This document shows, one piece after another, positions 1 through 11,720 of a stretch of 64,000 nt of DNA; position 1 is the stretch's first letter, and each line of letters opens with the position of its first letter. Made by a program: the position numbers and the translations under genes. The notes beneath the pieces were generated by a model that did no database searches, was not told the origin of the DNA, and worked only from the letters and a program-made list of their open reading frames with translations. Source of the stretch: Spizellomyces punctatus DAOM BR117 (taxonomy: Eukaryota); assembly GCA_000182565.2 (NCBI GenBank), contig KQ257462.1; one strand, 5' to 3'.

Positions 1-616
1 CGCGGCGCAGCGTATTAACACGTCCCCCAATCACTTACTGGCAGCAAATTCACAATCCTCTGTCGATTACTGGCCGCAAACGACATGACCTCTCTCCGTC
101 GCAACTTTACCCTCCATTCAGGCAATAATTCTGTCGCTTTACGTTTCGTCCCTGCCAATGTTGACGGAGCCGAACTCTGCGTCGTCGTGGAAGATGGTTT
201 ACAAGGGAACTGTGCGTGAGGGACTGTCGTAGTTGGTGGTGGAGCGTTTTTGTAAACGTTGTGGAGGATGGCCATGATGAGCTTGTTGTGAAGAGTGACT
301 AAACATTTGAAATGATCCGAGCGCAATTAGCTACAATTGCCAAAGTCTGAAGCCCATAAGCCACATCACGTCCTAAAAGTTGGAAATACGCACCCTTTCT
401 CTTTTGCAAGATAGCTCCCGCAACCGCATCAAACTCTTTCCTCGAACATTTCCCATTAATAAACTCTTTAAATTTTGACCAATACTCGGCTCCCCTTTCT
501 CCAAGCGCGGCCGCCAGCTCCAGCTTTAGTGCCACCGTATCCTTTCGCACAGTGCGTGGCGGTGAATCGGAGGAGGAGCCCCCGTTGGAGGGCGGGGGTG
601 TTTGGTGGGGCGCCAG
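1..616 (-). CDS. HFI1: SAGA complex subunit Hfi1/Tada1-like (5' part; gene continues off the window start)
   Basis: RKDTVALKLELAAALGERGAEYWSKFKEFINGKCSRKEFD...LHNKLIMAILHN matches the SAGA-Tad1 N-terminal pattern. GT-AG intron ~300-393; further donor near 38. No in-frame ATG; best candidate start is CTG at 616-614. Confidence 0.75.
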
Positions 617-1115
617 AATGGAAGCGTTTGAAAGGTCAATGCAAATCCCAGTGCCAATCGAATCACAAAGCACGAGTCAAGGTATAAGTGGGCAAAAGTT
701 GCCCAATATGGTCAAGTGTCCAGAGGTTCGTGAAAATGCAATTCCTGAGCGGTGCGTGTTTTCGGTTTGTCAAGTTGCTAGTCAAAGCGCTGATCTTGGG
801 ATCCTGGATGGTCAAACGAGCGCAAAGCTCGGGAATTCGCCGATGTCGGGCGTTCAGATCCTGGTCCCGTGACGTATCACAGTCTCGCGGCTTAGCAAAT
901 CCAATCGTCGTCGTTTAGAAAGCAACTGCACGGAAGAAGGAAACGATTGCAAAAGAAGTAGAACGCAGTTTCCAAATTGCAAAAAACTACTATATTAGCT
1001 AGGCCCAAAGCAAAACAACACATAGTCCATAATTAGAGTGATCCACCGATTTTACAACTACTTAAAAAATAGATACAGGAATCTGAGAAGAACCAAAATG
1101 AAAACAACCCACTGG

Positions 1116-3424
1116 TTACAGCTGCACTTCAGAGACTGAAAGACCCTTCATTGCCAAAATTTCCTCCACCTCAGCCTTTTTTCCAACTCGAACCCGGCCC
1201 GAATCGTCTACTTTCGCCTGAATTCCCGCCTCATCAAGCATTTGTTCTGACTCGGGTGCAATGCCTTGAGGGGTTAGCGATGCAACAAGATCCTGGTTTT
1301 CAGTGTTACCATCGCAAAGATTGCGAATGGCGAGAATAGCGTGCTCTTTGATATCTAAAGACAACACAAATACATAAACAAACAGATCAACATACTTGAT
1401 ATAAACAAAACACTTACATGGGTTGTTGTCATCCACTCGACATTCGTTCAAAATTACTGGGATACCTCCGATGCGTCGTATCTCGTCTTGAACTTCCTTT
1501 GCCTCGTAGCATAGATTTGCAAGAACTTTTACGGTGTCGGATTTAATCATGAAAAAGCCTTGCGGTGGTACGCTTGATGCTGGAGTTGCATCAGAGCTGG
1601 ATCGCTTAGAAAGTGTACTTCGTGGATACAATTTGGAAGCTAGGTTAAGAAGAGCTAATCGCGCAGCAGGTTACTTCAAAGTTTCACTTTGCATGAAAAT
1701 GGAGCAATCACTTACTCAAAAGCGTGTCTGCAAGTCCCGCTTTGACCAACTTCATTTTTGCATCAGGACCCAACTCGGGGGTCACTCTTGCAAAAAATTG
1801 CAAGATTAGAACTAGCCCATCCACATCCAGACCAAACACGTCTGTGGCTTGCATATTGTCTTTCACTTGTTTGGCATTACGGGATATGGAATGCACGAGC
1901 TTTTTCGTGACAGCTACAAAGAAGATAGCCGTGTCGATACCGATTTCAATAGGTGGACGATCATCGCTGCGGTTGGCTTGTGCATCCAGCATTCCGTCGA
2001 GTAGCTGCAAAAACGTGACGTGATACTGACTAAGAATACGCGTGCTGCGAATGTCAGAAATCAGCAACTGTAGAGAGTGAACCACAGCGCGAAACGATCT
2101 GCTCTCAACTCACCGGTGAGGATCCATTCCGTCACATATTGCGTCCATAATATTGGGTGTTAGGTCAAGCTCAATCATGTTACTGAAGATTGCATAACTG
2201 GACAAAAAAACTGCTTCAGTTGGTCATCACAATTGATGTTAACATCAGAATGCTTACATGAAATCAAATGCGGAGCATTCCTCCTGCAGCATTTTCTGAG
2301 CTTTAGCAAGCAAGCATTTCAGAATGTCACGACCGAGAGGGGTTTGTGTCATGTACTTGCTATGTAAGGAGCAATAAGCTGAGACGCTATTCAGACATGC
2401 TGACAAACTAACGTTACTCACCATCGTTCGGGACATTTGTGTATGCAATTATGTATGCATATGAGCACAAACATGACACGATGGATATCGCATGTTGAGA
2501 GCAATTGTCTGGAAAAGGAAGGTTAGTACGTCAAGCATAACGTATGTCGTCGACACGAGCACCTACTTGAATATATCCGCATCCTCTTGGAAATACCGTG
2601 GCCACATCTTATCCTGTACTTCTGGGTTGCCCGTCATCATATTTGCAAGCATTTGAGTTCCCATGTTAACGCATTTGGATACTGTACGTAGACAAGCCAA
2701 TGATAAATAAACAAATCGCCACGATTCAATTCCAACGGAATACCGCCCACCTTTATCCTTCATCATGGTACAGCAATCTTTGGTGCTTGTGAGCCAACTG
2801 CACAGATACGACATGATTTCCTCCGCAGGTTCATAAAGGCCTTGCTCCCTACCATCAACACATTTAGAGACAACCAACGTCCAAAAGGTATAAACAAACA
2901 GACTTTACCATGCGTCCTTCTGGTTAGATTGGACCTGTGCACAGAGGTTCCTAACCAGCTGGAAGTGGGCGGCAGCAAGGTCAACCGCCCGTTCTGCACG
3001 AGTAGGACACGCTACACCCTGTTTGCCGACTCCGTAAACACAGAATAAATGATTTCGAGAGAATATAAAGGCGTTGCGTAGGGAAGGCCATATTCCCGGT
3101 GTTGACCCTATCTGCACTCTGTATAGACGAAGAGACAAAATGGTGACGTGAGACTCGGCTATTCGCCAGTGTTCCCCACACACAGGATGCCTGCATGCGC
3201 TTCACACTCGAATCCCCTTCCAAACCCGTTTCCATTACTACCCACCTCAACTCTGGCTTCTTCACCAACGCCTTTGCTACCTCGTTTACAGCGCTCGTAG
3301 CAGCCGCGAGATGTTCATAGGCAGGCGGTGCAGAGCACCCGGCATTCATTCGCTCCAAAAGTGGCTGCCATGCCGTGAGCAGTCTAGCAGAATAATCCTC
3401 GTTGTCTTCAGGAGTCGTCGACAT
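1116..3424 (-). CDS. Ataxin-10 / Ctr86-like ARM-repeat protein, multi-exon
   Basis: C-terminal IKSDTVKVLANLCYEAKEVQDEIRRIGGIPVILNECRVDDNNP..IKEHAILAIRNL is the ataxin-10 domain; upstream exons contain FQLVRNLCA and MGTQMLANMMTGN. ATG at 3424. Confidence 0.85.
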
Positions 3425-4225
3425 GCTTGATGCCAAAAACACAACGCCTTATCGTCCTAACCAAATGCCAGCAAACTAAAGCAAGACGAGAAGGATAAAA
3501 ATGACTCAAAATACTGGAATTAAAAAAACAGAAACCCGTTTAAAAACTTAAACTTCTCAGCGTCCCTTCCTTCCTTACAAATCTCAACTTCCGAATCCGC
3601 ACCCTTAGTGTCACTGTGCCACTAATGATTTTGAAATATATCCATATATGGTGATCATGTCGGCTTAGAAGCTTTCAAATCCAATTCTGCGCCATTTGGC
3701 TATGGGGATTAGGCTTTTCACCAAACTGCTCGAGGATCTGACGACAAGGCGCATGGATGAAAAGTTGGGATTTCCTGCATTGAGCAAGAAGAGGAAATGC
3801 CATGTGCAATTGCCGTTGAATATAGAAGACGGAGTTAGTATCTGTGGAAGCAAAAGACGATTTGGGTTTTGGATGTTAGGTTGCCAGCCGGTATCCACCA
3901 TACACCAACGACGAGTTGAGGTTTTCCACTTTCTCTGTCAAACGTACATGCTGGCAGTGGAACTCTACATGGTTTCCACCTAAGCGCAATGCATCGACTT
4001 TTTGTAGTGGAAAGCTATTCATGCCCCAAGACCTTGTTTGGCGTGCCTCTGGATAGCTTTCCGATCACCTTCGAAATCCCTGATGCCTGCAGGATTCGTA
4101 AATGCCAGATGAGGCGCACAGGTCTAATAAAGGCAACCAGCGTCCCGAATGCCATGTTGCCTGAAATTCAGAAGGATCATGACAGTAACCCACAGGTCCA
4201 ACTTGGAGGACTGATGCCTGCCTCA

Positions 4226-5016
4226 TAGTGTGGAGGTGATTGAAAATGGCACTAAGACCCATTATTATCCGGATAATCCGGTTAATCATATCGCATAATC
4301 AGCACCCCCATCTATCGCTCGAAGCGGTGAGGCATGCTAATGTAATGTTCTCCAAACTGCGGTGTGGCATGAATGTAATGTTTTTTTTTCTTTTTCAAAC
4401 TGTGATGAGGCGCATGCTGAAGGTCTATAAAAGGGGGACTTTTCCCTCTTTCCTCTTTATCCATCCTCGACTCGCAAGCATCTGCCCAACGCTCATCGCG
4501 ACCCATTGCAACCTCATAGCGACCCACACAACCTCATCGCGACTCGGTCAACCATGAGAACGCTGATGTGGTGGTGTCGAGGACCTCGACCGCCCGACAG
4601 CAACAGTGATCAGAACCAGCGGCAACCAATCGGATCCGATAACAAAACCTACTATTATGCTGCCACATTAGTTGAGCTTGGTTGGTATGTACCAATGGCA
4701 TCATCTCTTTTCATGTTATTCTGTCACTAACATGCATGTATAGTCTCCAAGTCTTGTCACTGAACATCCTCTGGCTTGTGACGCTGCCCAGTCGATTCGC
4801 TCCTGGATGCAAAGTCTGGCTTCAATGCCATCAAGAGTTCCAGATCAAGGCCTAGTAGGGACCGCGTGTGGTGGTGGGCAATTATCCGGTTAGAACAACC
4901 GTTACGTATTGCGTGTATAATTGCCTATTAGTAGTTAGTTAACTTTTCCGAACCGGTTGTCGCCGGTTTATTCCCTGGTGTAGTAGCTAGTGCCAGTTTC
5001 TGTCACCTCTCCACTA
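4226..5016 (+). mobile_element. Non-autonomous Fanzor-associated TIR element ('ghost' locus / MITE), copy 1
   Basis: ~30-bp imperfect TIRs (TAGTGTGGAGGTGATTGAAAATGGCACTA ... TAGTGCCAGTTTCTGTCACCTCTCCACTA), TA at both ends, CATA at 4224-4227. Both ends are shared with the copy at 11507-11720. Confidence 0.85.
4490..4545 (+). repeat. Three imperfect ~19-20-bp tandem repeats (CTCATCGCGACCCA-type) inside element copy 1
   Basis: gctcatcgcgacccattgcaa/cctcatagcgacccacacaa/cctcatcgcgactc. Confidence 0.7.
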
Positions 5017-5031
5017 AAAAGGCCTAAATAA
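4943..5031 (+). ncRNA. Putative Fanzor omegaRNA (scaffold 4943-5016 plus flank-derived guide ~5017-5031, AAAAGGCCTAAATAA)
   Basis: CTTTTCCGAACCGGTTGTCGCCGGTTTATTCCCTGGTG..GCTAGTGCC..CACTA closely resembles the SpuFz1 omegaRNA scaffold as I recall it. Hairpin AACCGG-TTGTCG-CCGGTT; internal TAGTG complementary to terminal CACTA. Confidence 0.75.
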
Positions 5032-5181
5032 TCGATGCTGCATGCATGTGTTACTCATTAGATACAAAAAAGGCTTAATGAGAATCACATGATTTCTATA
5101 GCAACCAGCGGAAATTGAAAGGTGAACAGATGCAAGACCGTCGCCGAGCAGGTCGGCGTTTGACCTTACAAAACTAGAAAG

Positions 5182-6303
5182 ATGCATAGCTTTGTGGGCC
5201 GGGCACGACAGACGGTGTTGCGGCAAGGCTCAGCAGTGACTGGAACTGTCATAGCTACAAGACGCGGTATGGATTTTGCTGTTGATGGTTGTTTGTTTTT
5301 ATAGCGTTCTCAAAGACGAAACACAGCCCAAGTTCTTCTTTGCGTAAACAATGTCGCCAAATCCACGTTTTTCCACACCCATTTCCCCCAGCGTACCTCC
5401 GCAACTTCCGAAGAATCCCTCGATATTCCTCCAGGCGTCACACCCACCTTTCACAACGCATACAACTCCCTGAACGATGCACTCAACTGGTCGAAAACTA
5501 CTCCAGCAAGCCTCCGTCTTCTTTCCTACAATATCAAAACTTCCGCTGACGCTCAGCTGTTTCAAACTGCACTAAAGAGATGGCGTAAAGCGCGGCAACC
5601 ACAAAATCGCACGGATAATGCCTTGTTTTTGGACATTCTATTCAAAATTGGGGCGTATGAGACGATTTTGGAGATGCTTTGTGATCGGCCTGGATATAGG
5701 GTTTTACCTGATTTCCAGCATATCAGCGAGCTGATGGCTGGCTTCAGGAATGTGGCTGTGAAAGGAGAAGGCAGTGAGGAGGAGGTGATCGCGGTCTTGG
5801 ACAATGTGTACAAGACTTTTGCCTTATTTCTGTACTACAGTATTCCTCCGACGGCTGAGATCTACTCGGCGGTCATCACTTCTGGTGTGTATTGCGGGTT
5901 ACCAGAGGGATGGAGAAGGTCCGAGGTGACTGCCAAGGAACAGATTTCCCTTGGACTACCTTTCGAGAAGGAGGCGGTGTACGCCCTAGCTCACGGATAC
6001 ATCCTCAGTGGGGATTTTGACGGTGCGCTGACAATTCTCAAACACCTTGGCGGGGCGGATACGATTGGGCTGTTCTTTCAATTTCATTCTCTCGCATCAA
6101 AAGGCGACATACAGGGAGCCATTCAAGTCTTGGAAAAGCTAGCGGCAGCGGATCAGGTCAATGTGGCAAATGTTGTCGGGTCAGCACACTGGAAATCGCT
6201 GAACGAGGTCGTGGAAGCATTACTCCCACAGTTGAGCGAAGTGGAAAAGAAGACCGTGCTGGCGTTGGCGGAGAATGCTAACGTAAAGTTATCATCTGCA
6301 TAA
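5182..6303 (+). CDS. Hypothetical helical-repeat (PPR/TPR-like) protein, probably mitochondrial
   Basis: Short exon MHSFVGRARQTVLRQGSAV.. (Arg-rich, presequence-like), intron GTATGG..CCCCAG (~5266-5391), then a long open exon to TAA at 6303 with a helical-repeat pattern (ALAHGYILSGDFDGALTIL; SKGDIQGAIQVLEKL). Confidence 0.55.
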
Positions 6304-6478
6304 ATTTAATACTAGACACTTTCTTGTTTCTATTTCCTACCGCATGTTTTGTTTCATGGTGCGATCCAATTTGTAGCAGAACCCACAGTCTTCACACATC
6401 TTATATTTACACAATGCTCCTCATAACCAATTAAATACCCACACGCATCTCTACCCTCTGTACAAACAATCCCCAGTA

Positions 6479-7471
6479 CTAATACTCTAAAATCGGGCCT
6501 CCCACCTCGGTGATACACGGTATCGTACACTTTAAATCAAAAGCCTTTGCCAACACAATCTTGAATATCTTTTGCACGTTAATGGAATGTGATGTGGAGC
6601 AAAATATGAGGGGCGCTTTCATTGCTTTTGCAAATCGTCGGGCCTTTTTTTCAGAACAAACTCAACACTTGTCAAGCGCTGACAAGACATAAGGAATGTA
6701 AATACCTGCTTGGTAATCTCCTCCTGCTCCTCTCTCGAGAAGGTTACAAACTGATCATACTTTGTCCCAACCAAAAACGGAATCGCCGTCTACGATCAAA
6801 ACCCAAAAAGAAACGTAATCAGATCCGAGTGTTTTCTACCAACCCGATCATCATTGCATTCCCACCTTATTAAAGCCCCTTGCCTGTCGATACCATTCCT
6901 TGATGCTATTCAATGTCGACTTTCGTGACAAGTCAAACATGAAGAGAATGGCCACGGCATCGTTACAGACGAGAGGAAGCATATTGACAAACTCGCGTTG
7001 CCCTGGGATAGAGAAATATCACGTTAGAACCAAGTACAAGAGAAAGAAAACGCTGCGTGGAAACTCTATGGACATTACCACCCAAATCCCAGATACTAAA
7101 CGTGATCTCCGTATTCCGAATCGAAATGGTTTTTTCCATAAAATTGACACCTATCCATATCAACAAAGCCCAAAATGAATACCAAAATCTCCTTCCATCT
7201 TCACCAACCAGGAATCCACATTATGAACTATCGTACCTAACGTCTGGATATAATCCTCATCAAAACTCCCTTCAACATATTTGACCATCAAGCTCGTTTT
7301 TCCGATCTGGCTATCCCCAACCATGCCAACTTTTATCACCACACTTGATTAACCACAGAATTGAGTATAGCTAAACTTTACAAAGAATCACATAAAAACG
7401 ACAATGCATACTCACCTACTCTTCCGGCCCCCAGGGTCCCCAGACGAAGCAGACGGTGCCGCCGCGTTCAT
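6479..7471 (-). CDS. TEM1: Septation/mitotic-exit GTPase Spg1/Tem1
   Basis: [63 protein letters not shown], ending in GPILEY*; several GT-AG introns. Confidence 0.93.
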
Positions 7472-7844
7472 ATCTCCAAACACCTCCAACTACACCGACA
7501 GATGACGAGTTCGGTATCTTCCCAAAGGTTTGCACCTGACGATTAGCGTTATGCAAATGGAAACAGGTGCGAGATGGGTGAAGCGTACGAATGAGACCGC
7601 GTTCGGTAGGATGGGCTCCCTGGGGCCGCGCAGCAGGTAAGCAGGCCTGACGGTTTTGGCTAAATGATCAATATCACGTGAAGTACGCGTTCTGCTGATG
7701 GACGACGACAGACGACAACGACGATCCCCACAGGTCTTTTTGTTAAAGGAAAATAAATATTACAAGAATCAGAAGAAAACAATCTTTCACAAAATAAACA
7801 AGAAAAACAAAGGCATGTACGAAAGAAGAAAGATGTTTGCCCTA

Positions 7845-10800
7845 TCATCGACCACTCCCGTAGCCCAAATCCAATCCCCTCCTAACCCGCTTTCCCCCCT
7901 GTAATGGTGGCAAGGTCCCTGTAGGACTCTTATTGATGATTGTTCCACTAGAAGCATGTTTGACGACACTCCCGGATCGTGCCCCAGACCAATGTAATCC
8001 GCTTTTACGGCCACTTCCAAGAGTGTTATGGGTAGCGAGAGTTCGACTTGAGCCTACGACGTCCCGCATAGAGTGGTTGATGATACGTGACTCGTGGGCT
8101 CTGGGTTGCTGGACGCTGGCAAGGAGCGGATCAACATTATGACTTTTGGAGCGGAGTCGGCCGCCTGGGATGGCGAGGTTGGCAGGGTTGAATGTTGTCG
8201 GGATCGAGTGACCGGGGAAGGAATTGCTCGTTAATATTGGCGGCATGCCATAGTGGGGAAGACGCGTATTGGTCCGTGGGAGGATCGAGTTGGAGGCGTT
8301 GGGTGGGTGGTTGAAGCTTTGTCCTGCGAACGGCACAAAAAGCCATGTGAGCGTCACCACCCAGCACAACGCCTCGAAAAGGTATGTCAAGACCCACCTC
8401 GGACCTGCAAATCTCCCAAGACCCTTTTCATCTCCCTGCCTTCATGGAGGTTCTCCCTTGACGGCGAAAAAAACCCTGATAGAAACCCACTATTTCTTGG
8501 CTTGGACCCTGGACTGGTCGCCAAGTTCCCATACGAAGGGATACGGTACGTTGAATGACGGTCTTCTTCATATACATGATGCGGTGGCGAGTCGCGGTCG
8601 GTCGACCCAGCATAAAGGCTTGTGGAGGATCCATCAGGTGCATTTACGTCATCTGTAGGATCGGAAATGTGTTCCGTTGAATCGTTAGGTCGTCGTGCGG
8701 GAAAGAAACGGGGTTTAGGGCGTTGAACGTGATCGGGATTTCTTTGGGGTTGATCGACAAAGGTGGGTAATCGAGATCGGCGGACCGATTGTGGTTGCTG
8801 TTGGCCATGTGGCGGAGAGCGTTCAGGATGAGCAGCTGCAGCTGCTGGGCGTCGTTGGGGCTTGCTATGTAGTGAGGGAGAAGCATGTCCGTGTCCGAGG
8901 GTTGGTCCATCTTGTTCCCACCCTGACACTTCTCCATCCGCGTGAGACAGTTCGTCTAACAGGGAATCTATATGTACACCAGAGGAAGATATGTCAATAT
9001 CAGGTAAACCCCCTCCAATTCCTGGTAGCGGCCGATATGGCTTTCCCAGTACTACTCCTTTGCTTCCAAGAGACTCTCGTTCTGCAGATCTTGGTTTATT
9101 TTGACGATTCTGCTCATTTGGATATTTATTTGACGGCGAGGCGTGCTGTTGTCGTACCGATTCGGCACTATTGCGAGCACCTTTATCGCCACCTTCCTCA
9201 GCCGAAGATTTTCGTCGGGCTGGACCAGGAACCGAGAAAGGAAACGGTTTGGGCGTACCAGTTGCTTTTCTGGATGATGGCGTAATGACAGGTGTCGCCC
9301 ACCGTTCCGTGTCCGCAGAAAGAAGTGATGGGCCTGTGGCACCTCCATTGAGAAATCGTTCACCTCCACCATGATGAATTTCGCTACCACGCCCGAAAGT
9401 GAAGGCAAAATCTTTCCCCGAATCCGCCTTAGGCGAAATGTGCTCATCATGTATAGGTCGCGCACTAACGTCACCATTACTCCCATTGTGTTCGCTCTTC
9501 AGTGCCGTCGTTATAGATTCTCGTCTCACGCCTGTCAACGCTTCCAATTCGCTCTCAATTAACAGTAGATCCAAGGAAGAGGCAACGGATGCAGTTCGAT
9601 CAAGTCCGCCCCGCAGACTCGTTCGACGTTCGTCCGATCCATTAGTTTTGTCGAGGTCCTCCTGCACGCTCATCCTATATTCCTGTTCATTCCCTTGCGC
9701 GTCTTTCCGCTCTTCGACCAAATCCAATGCAGGTCCAAGTGCAGGAAGAGATAAGGCACGCTCACCGAGCGGTGTACTCCAGAGGTCGGTAAACCAAGGA
9801 TGCTGCAGGGATTCTTGAGCTGTAGGACGTTGGTTGGGATCGTATCGAAGCATGTCCGCCATGAGTTGCAAAGGGCCATTGGATGCATTAGGTATCAGTT
9901 GCGCTAGAGGTTGGGAGGGCATTTGCGGGAACCGGAGTTTCATGGCTCCAGCCAGTCGCAAACCCTCTGGCCATACTCCACCCGGCATGATAAAGTCTCG
10001 CTGAACGAGGGGTGCAGATGAAGAATAGTACCCGCCTGCTCCTCGACTGGCACTGCTTCCACCGGTGTCCGAGTCTGGACATCCAAGCACCTCAATGATT
10101 TTGTACAATTGGTCCATCTCCGATGTCCCCGGAAAGAGGGGTCGAAGGGTGAATAACTCTGCTAATATACATCCAACCGCCCAGATATCGATGGGGGAAG
10201 AATATGACGTTGATCGCAAAATGACTTCTGGAGCTCTGTACCTTCACCAAATCCCATTAGCCCGACATTATACATTTTGTGCACAAAACGAGGATGCAGG
10301 CCATACCATCTGGTACTGACATATTCGGTGTAGGGCGGTCGACTACGAATTTCTCTAGCCAGCCCAAAGTCTGCAATTTTGACGTTGTTCCCAGACATAA
10401 GGAGGTTTTCTGCCAGTCGAAAGCACCACTCATCAATTATCATGTATGTAGTCACACTAAACTATACAACATACCTGGCTTCATATCGCGATGGAAGAAG
10501 CCATGCTTGTGCATGTGTGCTAGTCCCAACAGAACTTGAAATCTGTACCAATATGATTAACATGAGCTGCGAATTCTTTCGAAATCTCGCAGATTTCCGA
10601 TTACCCACATGAACATCTTGACTTCCTGTTCGGTAAACAATTTGCCATCCCGATTTTTCGTCAGTTGGTACATATTTCCATCCATAAATTCGAATACAAA
10701 GTAGAGCTCTTCGTTTTCTCGAAGGACCTCTTTCAGTTTTACAATATTTGGGTGATTGCTCAATTTCACGAGGGCCTGGGAATATCCTTTCATGTTAGCA

Positions 10801-11085
10801 GGGAGTATCCAAAGCATAAATCTCTTGCCGGTTACCCACCTTGACTTCACGGAGATTCACAGCGTCTTCCCAGTTGTGGTACTTTTGTTTCATTTTCTTG
10901 ATCGCAACCTAAGAAATGTCTCGTGTGAGAACAATCTGCTGATGTCGTCCAGATGCATTGGCCCACCGTTCCCAATAGTAAAGGCAGAAACCACTAACCC
11001 GCTCTCCATTCTCCCTGTGCTCAGCCATAAGCACCACCCCAAAAGACCCATCCCCAATCTGCTTCGTAACCGTGTACTTGTTCAT
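7845..11085 (-). CDS. MAK/ICK (RCK family) Ser/Thr kinase with long disordered C-terminal tail
   Basis: [82 protein letters not shown] (TEY activation loop). Confidence 0.92.
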
Positions 11086-11491
11086 CTTCACAATTGTAAA
11101 ATTGCCCAAACCAAAGATAAGATCGTGACTCAACCCGATGGAAGGAACAAGGTGTCTACTTGGGCGAGAATGTGAAAATCGGTTGCGATTGCCTGGGACA
11201 CATCACGCATGCAAACAATGTGTTCGTGGGAAGATGGGCATGTGCTGCCTTAATCGACGCGTGTGCAATTTGGTGAAAGATAAAGTTTCTAGAAGCGATG
11301 GTGAGGTTGTGTTTGAAAATGCGAACGCTTCTCTTCAAACGTGACGCTATAGCGCAAAGGCCCGCAATGGGCCAAAATGGTGGCAGGTAAAAACAGTGTT
11401 TTCGGAGGAATGCTCTACGATAGTGCGGCTGGCAAAAGGCAACGTGACGGTCGGATTCGAACCCCGACCCCCATTTTTCATTCTCCGATGA

Positions 11492-11582
11492 ATTTTAGAT
11501 GTTCTTTAGTGTATTAGAGTGACAGAAAATGGCACTAGCTACTACACCAGGGAATAAGCCGGCGACAACCGGTTCGGAAAAG
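11492..11582 (-). ncRNA. Putative Fanzor omegaRNA, copy 2 (guide AAGAACATCTAAAAT from flank)
   Basis: CTTTTCCGAACCGGTTGTCGCCGGCTTATTCCCTGGTGTAGTAGCTAGTGCCATTTTCTGTCACTCTAATACACTA on the minus strand. Confidence 0.72.
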
Positions 11583-11720
11583 CCAAGTAATTCCCTCCTT
11601 ACAACCAACTACCACTAGGCCCAATTACACATGCAATACATTACGGATTATGCGATATGATTAACCGGATTATCCGGATAATAATGGGTCTTAGTGCCAT
11701 TTTCAATCACCTCCACACTA
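11507..11720 (-). mobile_element. Fanzor-associated ghost MITE, copy 2 (internally deleted, ~214 bp)
   Basis: Reverse complement of copy 1 ends: ~75 bp left end essentially identical, CATA at 11722-11719, right end with omegaRNA-like scaffold ending CACTA at 11507. Confidence 0.85.

Noticed and set aside
4950-4991. Hairpin followed by CTAG, suggesting a Helitron 3' end
   Set aside because: Homology between copies continues ~25 bp past CTAG and forms a TIR with the left end; a TIR/Fanzor element fits better.
4226-5016. CACTA (En/Spm) transposon
   Set aside because: The termini read TAGTG...CACTA, the reverse of CACTA elements, and are better read as TA plus GTG...CAC.
10781-10790. ATATCCTTT resembling a U12 intron donor (also near 36107)
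   Set aside because: It lies on the strand opposite the gene; the introns there are ordinary GT-AG.
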